The notes: a model not told the origin generated them from the sequence alone. DNA of 63,961 nucleotides, filler included, from Craspedostauros australis (GCA_030167865.1; 17 parts of 17 records of this genome joined end to end with filler, not necessarily neighbours in it); one strand, 5' to 3'. Counted from the first letter of the whole stretch, positions 21,603 to 35,200 are shown. Translations and numbers: made by a program.

Positions 21603-23280
21603 CGGTAACTTCAAGGGTACTTGCCACAACTGTGGTGTGTATGGCCATAGATCCGCCGATTGCCCAGAACGCAAGAAATCGAACAATAAGAAAAACAACA
21701 ACAACAACAACAACAAGATGAACGGAAAGCGCAACAAGGGAAGCGGCTTCAAGGGCAAGTGCAACTACTGCGGCATCTTNNNNNNNNNNNNNNNNNNNNN
21801 NNNNNNNNNNNNNNNNNNNNNNNNNNNNNNNNNNNNNNNNNNNNNNNNNNNNNNNNNNNNNNNNNNNNNNNNNNNNNNNNNNNNNNNNNNNNNNNNNNNN
21901 NNNNNNNNNNNNCTCTGCATGTTGGTGTCCGACGACTACATCGAAGACTCCTTCTTCGATAACTTCGAATACGTCGGGAGTGACGACGAAGTGCAGGGTG
22001 ATGAGATCATCCCGGAGTGGCTCAGCGAAGAGCCAATCATCCACGAGGTGGATCCAAGACGCGAAGCGAGCTACGAATGCTGCTTCAACGCGCACGACCT
22101 GATCGGTTCATACGGCGACGAAGCTGAGATGGACNNNNNNNNNNNNNNNNNNNNNNNNNNNNNNNNNNNNNNNNNNNNNNNNNNNNNNNNNNNNNNNNNN
22201 NNNNNNNNNNNNNNNNNNGAGGCGGACCGCGGCGCGGCGCCTCCTCCTCCAGCGGCGGGGAACAACAGATCGGGCATCTTCGACGAGGATGACAGCGACG
22301 AATCGGTGGACGGCAATCATCCAGACGACAGCTTCAATCCAAACGAGCGTGTCGTATACCCAGGGAATATCGACTTCCCACCAATCGAAGATCCCAACAG
22401 GTCCAACTACCTCCACCGTCATGACACCGTCCCATATGCAACAGCAACAGCATTGGTAATCCAGAAGCAACTTATCTTCGATGCCGTAATGGAAGCAGGA
22501 ACAAACCTCTTCCCAGGGCATGTACAAGGAGTGCTCAGACNNNNNNNNNNNNNNNNNNNNNNNNNNNNNNNNNNNNNNNNNNNNNNNNNNNNNNNNNNNN
22601 NNNNNNNNNNNNNNNNNNNNNNNNNNNNNNNNNNNNNNNNNNNNGAGACAGAGACGATCCCAGAGACGGATCTTCATTACATCCTTGGAGGATGTATGCG
22701 CGTACTCTTACGCGAACGACCACGCGTCCACCCGTACGATCCAGCCACAGGATCACATCGAAACAGCACCATTCCATCGGACTATGCGCAACTACCCGAC
22801 GACATGGATGACGGAGACCATCATCATCCATACAACGAAGATGGAGTCCACGAAGACGACGACNNNNNNNNNNNNNNNNNNNNNNNNNNNNNNNNNNNNN
22901 NNNNNNNNNNNNNNNNNNNNNNNNNNNNNNNNNNNNNNNNNNNNNNNNNNNNNNNNNNNNNNNNNNNNNNNGGAGCTTCGTGTCACATCGTCAATTCAGA
23001 CGCCGCTCTCTTCAACGTGCGGCACATCAAGTCATTCGTCCAAGTGGGAGACAGCACAAAGCTGGACTCTCCCAAGATGGGATCTATTCGCTTGAAGGTC
23101 AAGCAGCGAGACAACACTGGCCACATCATCCGGCTCGATGACGTGAAGTACACACCTAAAATGGCGGTGAACCTTTTCTCCACGAACAAGGCTCTATACA
23201 ACGGTTACCAACTTGGTAGCAACGGCATTCTGATGGACATCATCAACGGATCCGGAATGAAGATCGTGTTCGATCGAGTC
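21603..23280 (+). mobile_element. Copia gag (zinc knuckles) and protease fragment
   Basis: CHNCGVYGHRSADC and CNYCG knuckles; GASCHI...VQVGD...LDDVKYTPKMAVNLFS protease region. 3' end matches 21085-21138. Confidence 0.85.
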
Positions 23281-23380
23281 NNNNNNNNNNNNNNNNNNNN
23301 NNNNNNNNNNNNNNNNNNNNNNNNTTAATTAATTAANNNNNNNNNNNNNNNNNNNNNNNNNNNNNNNNNNNNNNNNNNNN

Positions 23381-23752
23381 CTTTCTCTTTTCGTTGAACT
23401 TTTTCTTCCTGCAGTCTGCCTCTCGATGCCCTGGGATGCCACAGTAATGGCACTTCCCGCTGAAACCGTTGCCTCGACCTCTTCCTCTGTTGCCGCGGTT
23501 GCCTTGATTGCCGCGCTGATCTCCTCTTCTGTTGCCTCTGTTGTTGTAGCCTCCTCGTCGGCCGTTGTTGGATTGATGGTTGTTGNNNNNNNNNNNNNNN
23601 NNNNNNNNNNNNNNNNNNNNNNNNNNNNNNNNNNNNNNNNNNNNNNNNNNNNNNNNNNNNNNNTTGAATCCGCCTGTCGCAGCCATCGCCGCGTCGTCGC
23701 GCTTGCTGCCCGTATCCGCGAAGTCGTCCACGTATGCCTTTCCGCCTTGGAG
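23381..23752 (-). mobile_element. Copia gag zinc-knuckle fragment
   Basis: RG-rich tract followed by FSGKCHYCGIPGHREADC. Confidence 0.75.
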
Positions 23753-24815
23753 CTTAATAGAGCTAAACTAGTAACCACCTTAGCGAGAGAGACTACGAAT
23801 CATCTGACTCGTCAGCATTCCAATAGATCGAACGGACACTTCGCCGAACCCCACGTTTGGAGACAGATCCAGAACCTTGAAGCGGATCTTCGGAATTCGT
23901 GTCANGNAACCAATGGGGTTCCGATAACCAAGNTTCTGACACCCNCCATCGCNAAAACGCCGACGCACGGAACCAAAGCCACAACAACGAGCATCATCGC
24001 CCATTGTCTCTCACAGAACCCAGACGACGGATCTCAACCCACGGTACTTGGGCTACACAACCCACACGCATTGTCATACAGGACATCACAGGAGATCCCC
24101 TCGAAGAGAAGAACCATAGCACTAATCTCATAATCCGCACGTTTCTTCACCATCTACCAGTATTCTAAATTGACTACTTGTGGAACAGAAGACTCNNNNN
24201 NNNNNNNNNNNNNNNNNNNNNNNNNNNNNNNNNNNNNNNNNNNNNNNNNNNNNNAGACAACAGCCATTACGTTTGGGCTCTATTAGATTAACAGTCGCAA
24301 AAGATTGTCAAGCTCTTAGACCTCTGCAAGATGACCGTCACCCAACGCCTTCAGGTCTCCAACCGGCCACCTCCCAAGAGGAACCCAGGAGACAGGACCG
24401 AAGCCTTCGAGACCCTTCCCACGGACCCGAAGGACCCAAGCCTCTCTGCCATCCTTGATGGCACGCCAGGCTACCCAACGGCCGGGCCATCTTCGCTCTC
24501 CTTCANNNNNNNNNNNNNNNNNNNNNNNNNNNNNNNNNNNNNNNNNNNNNNNNNNNNNNNNNNNNNNNNNNNNNNNNNNNNNNNNNNNNNNNNNNNNNNN
24601 NNNNNNNNNNNNNNNNNNNNNNNNNNNNACGCGTTCACGGAACTCAAACAGGAGTTCCGGATCAGCATCGAAACCGCCATGATCTTTGATCTCTTTCCAG
24701 CCAAGACCCTCGCAGAAGAGAAGACCATCTTCCAACTGCTGATCACCATCCATGAAGAAGCCACCGACATGAACCCGGCATTAATCATGTTCAACCTCAA
24801 GCACCCGGACGACGT
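23753..24815 (+). mobile_element. Unidentified insertion into gag; possibly 5' UTR and ORF1 of a non-LTR element
   Basis: Abrupt junction with the Copia gag fragment, a long leader, then ORF 24331 open to the contig end. No diagnostic motif recognised. Confidence 0.3.
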
Positions 24816-26706
24816 NNNNNNNNNNNNNNNNNNNNNNNNNNNNNNNNNNNNNNNNNNNNTTAATTAATTAANNNNNNNNNNNNNNNNNNNNNNNNNNNNN
24901 NNNNNNNNNNNNNNNGTGCTGTTGATCGCCGGACACTCGATGCTTGTTCCGGCAGGCAGCGGATGGAGTAGTAGACTCTTGCAATACGGGCTCTGGGAAT
25001 GGTGAGAAACAAATCGGTCTTTGACACACGCGTGTGGTGCAAACAAAGAAATTGAGTGACTTCGTGTCCTCGCCAGATCGCATCGGACACTGAGATGGAT
25101 CGCCAATTTTGCATCAAGAAGTGCCTCGCCACAAATTCTCGGACTCCACGAATTGGCCCCAATACAGTCATCACAGCCTCAACCACACACAGCAACTATT
25201 AGACTTCTACAAAATGAAGTCGAATAGAATACTCTCGAGTGGACAGCTACTGAGTCGAGTAGATCGTATAGTATACCCAAAGAGCTCCAACTGGTTGCAC
25301 CCTCACACGATTTCCATCATTCCAGTCGCTCCCATTCTGGAGAGGCCCAATCAGAAAGGTATTGGCTGAACAGAAGGAAAGCAAAGTTGATGCAAAAGTA
25401 CCATCTATTCGATGACGCAAACATCAATACCACAATGGAGAAACAGCAACACTGAGGCTCGCCTCGGATAGATCGTACACGTACGTCAACTTTGGCAGAG
25501 TACTATACTCGAAAGAGTATATTCATTCGCTTGAACCATGGTGGCGATCCCGAGGTATTGCCAATCGCTCTTCGAGAGCGACTGTGCTACATAGTATGAT
25601 GGCAAAGTGGTCGCCCATTCGTTCAGATTGCACCACAGGGCTACTGTCCCATACTATTGTCAACAGCTACTCCAATATTGACATCATACAAGTCCTCCTT
25701 TGTTACGTCACCCTCAGAAGAACACAGAAGGCCTTTGATTGCTTGTTATTGACGCAAAATTGAATGCGATCATAGGCATGTTTACTTTACATAATGGCGT
25801 GGCGAGATTGCAAGGATGTCAGATTATATGCAAGCTGCAAGACACGGTGGTCGGAATGGTGCAATAGGTATTCAAAAGTCGCGCGCTCCAAGTGCCGCTC
25901 GTTGCGTTAGTTGACACCGTTCCCGATGGCCTGATGGCAGGTACAGGAGATGGCAGCAAGGGAGCAGGCGAATACAACACAGTTCTAAACTCGCTGATGG
26001 TAGCTCGTGACGTGCCAGCATGTTGAGACTGCCACTCTACAAACAATGCAACGGCTTCCCTGTGGTTCCTGAACTCTGTGAGCCATAATCGCTGCAAAGC
26101 AACAACAGTTGGTACACGCAAACAGAGTCAGACTTTCCTTTCGGTCGTCGACTGCATCCGAACGGGGAAGCCGATTAACATTGGGGAGGATTTGTCACTT
26201 CTTGTGGCACATTCTGATTGCGTTCCTTCTGCAAGGAGTGCTTCTGGTGGCGTGTTTGCTCAGGGAGTCCATCGAATGGGGTGGAGCACAACACGTGTTT
26301 GCAAACGGAATGGGCACCAGATCAATTATCTCACATTTATTCAGTCTGTCGGCCGCTCCTTGTTCTGGATTTGTCATTTCTTGAACAGACAGACACAACC
26401 AATAGACACACAAACAGACTACTATTCAATGCTGTCAACAAGACAGACATGAACATAGTTGACTCATGCGAACAAATCAATACCACGACTGAATTTGTTC
26501 TTGGGTTAATAGAACCAATAATAACGGCTATTGATACTTGCTGGGAGGCAGGGGCTTAGATGNTGGTTGCGTCCACCTGTTGACCGGCCAATCGTCATGC
26601 CTAATTCAAGGAGACAAACGCCATCATCAACAGCACCATCGTCATCATGGTGATGGCAATCGCGGTGAACACCCACAGGACCACTTTGGTGATGTTCTGA
26701 TGTCAG

Positions 26707-27282
26707 GGACACCCAATAATTTGTCCAGAATTCCGAAAATTACATGTTCTGGAGTCTTGCGGGACTAAATCAAGAGAAAATCAGTGCAATGATCGAATTG
26801 TGTATTTATTATTCAAACACGACAATTCAGAGAGAAATTCCTTGAAATGCGCAATTTCCGTTAACGGACAATCAATTATCGGACATAGTCGAACATGAGG
26901 ACAAATCCGGACAGTCCCTGACAAATCCGGACAGATCCGGACAAATCCGGACAAATCCGGACAAGCCACGACACTAACCGGGTAAAACTACGATTCCATG
27001 TAGTCGGATTTGTCCGGATTTGTCCGGATCTGTCCGGATTTGTCCGGATTTGTCCGGATCTGTCCGGATTTGTCAGGGACTGTCCGGATTTGACCTCATG
27101 TTCAACTTTGTCCGATAGAGTCCGTTAAGCCATTGCTCGCCATTGCTGAATTTTTTCTCAAATGGTCGACTTAGAAGAAAATAATGACAAACTTGATCGA
27201 TACTCTGGTTCTGTCCTTTTTCAGTCCCGCAAGACTAGAAAAGATGTCAACACACAAATTCTGGACAAATTATTGGGTGTCC
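26707..27282. mobile_element. PIF/Harbinger-type MITE (576 bp)
   Basis: Perfect 26-bp TIRs GGACACCCAATAATTTGTCCAGAATT, 3-bp CAG TSD (26704-26706, 27283-27285) and an internal palindrome of 10-bp repeats. Confidence 0.88.
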
Positions 27283-27759
27283 CAGGAGCAGCCTTTGTGT
27301 TCATCTTCGTTCTTTCCGGCTGGTTCGTTGGCAACACAGGCACAAAGACACGTGCCCATCCAACGGGTCACCAAGGCGATTACATCACGGACAACAGCTC
27401 TGCGTGGAACGTGGAGCGGAAGAGTTGAGAAAGACACAGATCCTTCTTGAATGATCTTGATGCACGTCACGTCACAAAGGTTGGGTCAGAGCAGAGTGGA
27501 GCAGCTGCAGAGTAGAGGAGAAGCAATAATACAGACTCCAGAACGTCAGTAACTCAACGATGTCTTCCTTGATGGCCGGGACGATCCCCGACAGCTCCGC
27601 GACCGCACGCCAACAACAGAAGGCGCTGGCACAAGCGCAGCACCAGCATGGCCTACACGNNNNNNNNNNNNNNNNNNNNNNNNNNNNNNNNNNNNNNNNN
27701 NNNTTAATTAATTAANNNNNNNNNNNNNNNNNNNNNNNNNNNNNNNNNNNNNNNNNNNN

Positions 27760-30695
27760 ACCCTTGGTGGCTGTACTCGGTCATAGCTTCCGCAGGGTGT
27801 CGGTCCATGGTGTCCATGGGATTGTCCTTTCCCGGATCATCAACCCCAGCGGGGTTCTCGCCTTTGGTGTGCCCGTGGTATTCAGGTGCGTCTCGCGGGT
27901 CTCCCCGGAGGGCGTCAACACGTGTTGCCTTGGTCACGCCGATTTCGTTGGGGATACGAAAAGTCTCCCGATTTCTCTGGAACGCCGGTTCAGATCCTAC
28001 CGAGTGTAAGGATGAGATGACGCTGTCTGCCTCGTCATCAGGGTCTGATACCTTGGTCGATGGGACGTTGGTTGACTCGGTGTATCCCTTTTGGTCCGTT
28101 CCTATCGCGTTGGCTTCGCGATCGATGCCCAGCTCCCTGTATAGGTGGTCGATGTCTCCCGCGGAGAGATTGTCCACCATGTCGAAAAGGGTGCCTTGGA
28201 TCGAGATGGCCGTGTCGGCAGCCGATTTCGCGAACGTTACCGTGTCAATCGCATGTGTCATTCCGATGAGCTCCTCGAGACTCAGAGTATCAAGGAATGC
28301 GTCCACCTTGGGGTACTCCTCGTGTACACGGTTGGGCTCTCCTGTGGCGTGCTCATCTGGATGGTGGGCGTTGGGTTCCATGGGTTCCCGTCCTTCCATG
28401 GGAATATCCGGGATACCGTCCTTGGTCTGGCGTGTCCCGGGTTCCATAGGATCCTTCGATGCGTTGTGGGCGCTTGAATCCATTGCTCCAGCGTCATGCG
28501 GTGCATCAGGTTGGTCATTCCAGTTGACTACCTTGTCTCCTCCNATTGGGTCCCTGGTAAGGTAGCAACCCATGGGCACGTTGCATACGTGTCCTCCTTG
28601 GTGATCCGAAGGGTTCCATCCTTGCTTTGGGGTGATGTCATAGGTGGGTAGATCCTCATCGTCTTCCATGATGGGGAAGACGTCGAATGTCATCAACGCG
28701 TCTCGCATCTCCAAGTTGATCGTCGTGTCTTCGTCAGGCATTAGGCATTGTCGGCCTGTGCCTGGTGTCGCGAACGATGCCCGGTGTTCCGACGAGACCG
28801 TATCGAGGACGGCTCCACTGGCCCGAATTTGGTGGTCGGATAGCAGCGTCACCCGACTGTCGACGTTCAGAGCGGCTTCGTAGATCCGGAGGATCACCTC
28901 GTTGCCTTCTCTGGTCCTGGCCTTGATACTTGCGTGTACCACCGCGAGGTTGTTCTTCCTCATCGTGCTGGCCACGGCACCGACAATGTTGTACGTCCGA
29001 TGCGGGTAGATGTAGTCAATCTTCCAGACCCGGTCCTTGTTCCCGATAACGCAGCATTGTGCGCCTCCGTCACATACCGCGTATGTTTGCGGAGAGAAGG
29101 TCGCCAGGTTGATCAGCTGTTCGGGAACTGACTGGCGTTGGTTGGATTCTGGTGGATCGATGGGGCTTGTGGTGTCAGATGAATCACTCATCGTGATCAT
29201 CTTCACGAGTCGGTCGTTGCCGTTCTCCTCGTGTCCTCCATAATCGACTAGGAACTTGGCAAGCTCCGAAGCGTCAATCGAGGATAGGTCCGATCCATCC
29301 TCGCCCTGGGAATCAGATCCCTCGGTGGATCCTGCGGTGTACCTAGCCAGGTTCGCGTGGGTGACACCTCCATACTGCTTGTGTGGCTTGGTTTCCTCCC
29401 CTTTCTCTGGGGGCTTCACGCTGGCAGGTGGTTNNNNNNNNNNNNNNNNNNNNNNNNNNNNNNNNNNNNNNNNNNNNNNNNNNNNNNNNNNNNNNNNNNN
29501 NNNGGCCCAGCGGAGGGAGCTGCGGAGTTTCATGATCACTCGGCGGACCTTTTCGGGTAGTCCGTCGAATACTTCTTGTGAGATGAAGGTGGGGTCTTCA
29601 TGTAGTTTCTTCGAGATGGCATTGATGACCATCTCGGTGTTAGATTCAGCTTGATCTTGGTTGGCTTCGGCGGTTGCCTTGAAGATCCTGCGTTTGCCGG
29701 ACCTTGATCCCCGCTGGTTGTTGGCTACCGCATTGTCCCTGGCGGACTCGGAGATGAGGTACATGCAGGTGGCTCCCATCGACTGCATGTCCGCGCTTCA
29801 TTCGATGCTCCGGACCATGGTGCGGACATTGATGTCGTCGCATCCGATGAGGTGGTTCAGGAGCGTGCGGCGTTGTTGCGCGTCGGAGACTTGTTGATCC
29901 GGGTTGGTAGCCAGGAAATTCATGTTCGCAAATATGTCTTGGATTTCCTTCACGTAGGATCCCAGGTCCTGTCTGCTGGGGTTGAAGTCGTGTACTCTCT
30001 TCATCAGAGAGTCGACCTCCATTCCTCNNNNNNNNNNNNNNNNNNNNNNNNNNAGGAGTTCATTCCAGAATAGGATACCGTCCTCGGTGAGGAGTCCTCT
30101 GGTGGCGAGTCCATGTGCTGGGCCGCCGGCGAAGACGGAATATAGTCCCGCGAATAGGGTCCTGACGTCGCTCGCGACCTGTTCTGGTGATGTGGTTGTT
30201 GGCACTCCTGTCACCGGGTCGATGTGGTCCTTGATCGCGTGGATTCCTTGGGAATGGTAACGGTGCCGGAACTGGTCGTTGATCAGGTACGCCATGTCAT
30301 TTCCAAGGAGATGAGCATGGATTTGGTGTTTCACCACTTGGAAGGATGCCGCATCGCTCGTGAACTTGACGGAGTCAGAGATGGGGCGTCGTTTCGTTAG
30401 CTTGACCTGGGCGACTGGTGGTTCGCCGCGAGTGGGTCCACGATGGGGTGTATACCCGGGTTCGTGTCGCCCGTGTGGGGTGTTTGGGCCCATGTTGCGT
30501 GGGTCATGTCTTCCGAAACCTCCATTGGGATTGGTTGGGCGGTACCCATACGCGGGTGGTCGTGGTGGATACCCGGGGTGAGGGGGTCCAACAGGGGTGA
30601 AGGCTCCTTGCGGCATTGAAAAACCTCCGGCTCCATGGGGAAAATGGCCCATGGGGATAGGGATTCCAATGGGCGGGAATCCTCCTGGGTGGGTT
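27760..30695 (-). mobile_element. CoDi-like (diatom Copia) gag-protease fragment
   Basis: Pro/Gly-rich N-terminus, gag core, in-frame TGA at 29798, protease AVCDGGAQCCVIG and TLLSDHQIR. Homologous to 59422..62570. Confidence 0.8.
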
Positions 30696-31291
30696 NNNNN
30701 NNNNNNNNNNNNNNNNNNNNNNNNNNNNNNNNNNNNNNNTTAATTAATTAANNNNNNNNNNNNNNNNNNNNNNNNNNNNNNNNNNNNNNNNNNNNACGAA
30801 TATGTGCTTGGTTAGTTTGTAGGAGAGAAAATTTCTGGAGGTCCATTTCAAAGTGCAGGTCGACTCACTGATCGGGCTCTTAATTAGTCCTATTTTTTTC
30901 CTCCATTTTCGCCAACAGTCTCGTTCTCATCCTCGTCCGAATCGCATCCCTCACTTCTTCTGGGACCATCTCTTCGTTCTCTGCATGTGCCTTGGTGGTG
31001 TTGGCCTCACACCACATTCTGTGCTCTCGTTCCTCTTCTTCCATCTCTTCCTCTTCTTCCCTGTGCTGCTGTTCTGTTTGCGTCGTATCTGTTGCTTCCG
31101 CCACAATTGCGGTTGTTGCTGTTGCAGGCGGCGATGGTGATGGTGGTGACGATGGTGATGTCGATGCCATTTTGGTGTTGTTGTTGGTCGCATTTGGTGC
31201 CACGGTTGTTTTCTTCGCTGCGCGCTGTGCGTTGTTGTATGCTGCAGTCAAGTACGACTTTACGCGCATTGGACTTGCGTGCAACTGGATA

Positions 31292-31440
31292 TCCGTAAGG
31301 AATTTTTTGTGTGGGCGTTTTCGTAAGTGGACTGGTGAGTCCACTTACGACCCCCTTGCATTTTTGGGCTTCGTAAGTGGACTCCTCAGTCCAGTTACCG
31401 TAAGTGGACTGAGGAGTCCACTTACGACCACAAAAAAAGT
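31292..31440 (+). mobile_element. Probable DNA-transposon terminus with three subterminal hairpins
   Basis: TA|TCCGTAAGGA resembles the TIR TA|TCCATAATGA at 47986. Hairpins TCGTAAGTGGACT-N4-AGTCCACTTACGA at 31321, 31371 and ~31399. Confidence 0.55.
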
Positions 31441-32718
31441 AGTCAAATTTCGCTCATCTGAGAAAAGACTACTTTGACCACTCCACCTCCTCCAAATTCC
31501 CTGTTTCTCTCGGTTGCGTTCTGGTTGTGATGCTGGCTTCGTATTTTGTCGCGTTGATTTACGTGTTGTCAACCGCATCCTTGGACTTCAATAGACTTGT
31601 AGACGGTAACACAACAACTTTGTGTGCAACCACAAGCTTTTTATCGTAATTGCCGTTCCCTTCAGTACCATCAACGTCTTTCATCATCAAATGTTCCTCT
31701 ACTATAACACTGTTTAGGTTCCCACCAGCTTCAAGAAGCTTGTTTCATCGTAAGTACTTTGCCTGACATCGCATCCCTCATCGAGCACATAGCAGACGCC
31801 ACCAACCACAGCGACAATGACACCGACAGTTCATACGAAGACTGGGTTGTTGATACCCCAATCCATCTTGACAGTGACAACAATGATGACATCCTTGGTG
31901 TCCACAACGAAAGCAATGTTGACGCCAACAACGTTGATACTGGAGTCTACCTTGTTGGCAATGCTCATGTGGCCAACGATGCACCAGCAGCCATGCTGAT
32001 TGCTGCCATTGTTGCTGCCGCCAACATCATCATCCCCAATGATGTTCACACTAACACAACTACAACCAGCACATCTGCAACCGGCACATCCGGAACTGTT
32101 GAACAACCAGCTCTGACAGAACCAGAACGAGTGGCTTCTATGGGCCTGCAATGGAAGATGCTGGATCCCAATGCAGCAGAGTTTGTGTTGCTGTGGGAAA
32201 GGCCTTGCTTGATGCAAAGGTGCACTACAAGGGGCTCACAAATGAACAAGACAACTCATCGAAATTGGAGGCCAACCTGCGAGCCTCTGTTGCGCAATGG
32301 TCAAAGGATGACTGCTCAGCAGAAAGTCTGCACCTGTCTGCGCTCGCGCAATGAAACAAGCGTCCAGCCAAGACGTTGCAAAAAAGCTCAGCCTCACCCT
32401 GAGCACCCATGGGAAGGCAAATCGCAAGCACTGCACAATGCCGCCAAACTGTTTTCAACGGCTGTGCATGAAGCAGCTTTCAAAGGACATGGACATCCTC
32501 TACAAGACTGCAATGATGGCTGCTTCGACCAATCCAAACCATTCCATCCCATCTCCTAGCCAGACAACAAACAACTGCAGGACCCGCACGGCATCGCCCG
32601 TGAGAAGGGAGTCAGTGTNNNNNNNNNNNNNNNNNNNNNNNNNNNNNNNNNNNNNNNNNNNNTTAATTAATTAANNNNNNNNNNNNNNNNNNNNNNNNNN
32701 NNNNNNNNNNNNNNNNNN

Positions 32719-35200
32719 TGGGAAGTGGGAGCCACCAGCGCGAACTGGTTCACTCTGACTGAGCAAGCCAAGGTGCATCAGGTGCAGTATGACAAGGAGA
32801 CTGGGGAGTACGTGGTGCTCCAGATCGAATCGATGTTGATGGTGGCAGACGAATTTCCGGATGTCGAGATCAAAGGACTCGAAGTGGTGGAAGGATCGTC
32901 ATTTTGACTGCTGACGCTTGACGACAAAAATGCATACTCGTTCACAACGCACACCAGTCAAAAAGGGACGGCGCTCGGCAAGCCTATCAAGTTGCTCATG
33001 AAGCGATGCATGGTGGAGGCTCCTGTGAGCATCCTACCAGGCCATGGCGACAAGTGCAGGTATGATGCGAATCTTCCAGGTGGTAGGAAGCAAGTGGTCA
33101 ATGGTGGTTCCACAGTCGTGGTGGGCAAGTGTGGCCAAATAAGCATCTGCAGCACAGCTGGAAGTGCGAATGGTGGAGGATCTGATACAACCGAGGAGGC
33201 AGGGTGATTTCCTGAGAATGGAAGCCATTGCGGAGCTGTGCAACAGGGAGGAAAGGTAAAAATTGAATCTGTGTGGAAGGTCAATGAAGTAGTTCTGGAT
33301 GTCTGAGATTGTTATGGCGGACGGAACAGGCATTCTGAAGGCAGTCCTTGAAGATGATGGAGCGATGGTGGAAGCCAGTGAAGTGAACGTGCCTAGAGTT
33401 GGGCGGCTCAAGCAAGCGTATTGGGCAACATGGAGGTCCAAGCTCAAGGAGATGCTGGGTTGGAATAGCGTGCTTCAGGATCGTTTACGGCTGGGCAAGT
33501 GGAGCAGTGCAGGCAGTGCGACCTCCATGAGGTAGAATGAGCAAACTGGGAGGCTTCAGGTCCACGGCGATGGATGGATGGAATGGAGGGAGGTTCCAAT
33601 GAAGTCAAGAAGGAAGCTGTTTTGGCAAGTGCCAGGAGTGGTGGGAAATGGAGAAGGGTCCCCGTGGATGGCTACAAGCAAGGAGATGGCATACTGATGC
33701 TGACAGTTGGTGAATGGGATGATACCATGGTGGCAGATACCCAGGGGATGGAGAATGTCTGGGGAGATCTTGGCAAGGCCAAGTCATGGGCTGGGAAACA
33801 CATCAGATGTGAAGTCGACTGGAGAGATATGGCCCAGAGTGTACGAGAAGAGACGGCGGTTGGCAGAAGTGACGGGTCTGCCAGAAATGGCAAGGGAATG
33901 GCGGCATGGGCGATGGCCACTGATGAGACTCTGGAGGTGATGGTGTTTGGAACCTTTGAGGCTCCGCGGAGGGAGGGCCTGACATCGTCCCAGCGAGCGG
34001 AGTTGGCGGGAATCTACGGTGCGCCAATGAAGGTTTGGGAAATGAAGGAGAGGTTTGGAATACAAGACGGACGGGGGCGCTGAAGCTGTGACAACCTGTA
34101 AGCCCTGAAGGTGCTGGAGTGGGTACATGAACCGGATCTGGCGAGTCCTGGTCANNNNNNNNNNNNNNNNNNNNNNNNNNNCCGAAGCCAGCTGAGTACA
34201 ACGTTTGTGGGATGACACGTGCGTGGGCATCAGGACGAGCACAAGAAGCCTGACGAACTTGATGTGTGGGAGCATATGAATGTCATTACGGACCGGATCG
34301 TAGTACAGCGATGACGAATGCTCGAAGAGAACGATGCGTGAAGCTCTCACCAGAACACAGGGACGTGATCATGGCACATTGCAAGACAAGGCGTTCGCAG
34401 GTCGAGCATCATGTATGCCAGTGTCATTGGAGATGTGGTGGCTGTGGGAATGCAGATGGTTTGGTAGAAGGCAAGGACGAGTGACAGCTGCCCCAGGTGC
34501 GGCAAGATGGAAACTCATGGCCGCCTCTGGGTCTGCTGCTCACTGGAATCGATGGCATTTTGGAAAGTGCAGCGGAAACGGCTGAGGATCACGATGTGGA
34601 AGATGCCGACTCATCCTGCCATTGCAAAAATACGGTTGAGCAATGTCAAGCAAGTGTTGAGAGAGCTGGGACCTGTTGGACGCATATGCGCAAACTGGGC
34701 TGAGGCAAAGCTGATGGACAATCAACAGGAGGCAGGATGGGATTGGCTGGTCATGGGCGTGATCGTGGGGTCATGGACCGAGTTACAGGAGCAGTACTAC
34801 GTGCAAATCGGTTGCAGGCTGTCCACAGCAAGGTGGGCGGCACGGATCGTGCGCAAGCTCTGGAAGGTGGCATGGAAGCATTGGCACCAATGCAATCAGG
34901 CAATGCATCGCACTGATGAGGGGCCAGAGGCTCACATGAGGCAGGTGTTGCGAGACTACAGCTCAACCCTGCAAGACGCAGCGCAACTATGAGGGGCAAG
35001 TATGGCTATGTGGGCCCGACTACAGCTGTCAGGCAAAGGAGCCACAGATATGGGAACGGTCGCAATATGGTTTGGACAAGTGCACCGAGTGCTGCAGATA
35101 CCAGGCAATAAAGTTCCTGTTGAAGTCCGAACTTGGCTCCGCCGATGGCAGTAGCTGGCCATCGTGAATGAGGCTGTCCCTGGATTTCCCTGTGTGAGTA
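32719..35200 (+). mobile_element. Degenerate 3' part of an Ambal-like non-LTR retrotransposon (RNase H, zinc finger, Trp-rich C-terminus)
   Basis: RSDGS...SSQRAELAGI...CDN...HVRGHQD (RNase H), CPRCGKMETH..C, and QQEAGW...RKLWKVAWKHWHQCN. Many stops and frameshifts. Confidence 0.8.

Noticed and set aside
24916..26700. Possible degenerate gene
   Set aside because: Only short ORFs in all frames and no motif I can recognise.
30870..30883. CTC|TTAA as a Sola3 terminus
   Set aside because: Seven-base match with no partner end visible, and on a different contig from the putative transposase.
31321..31427. Palindromic ~30-bp repeats as a mini CRISPR or REP array
   Set aside because: Only three units, irregular spacing (20 bp, then none), variable loops. 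A transposon subterminal region explains it better.
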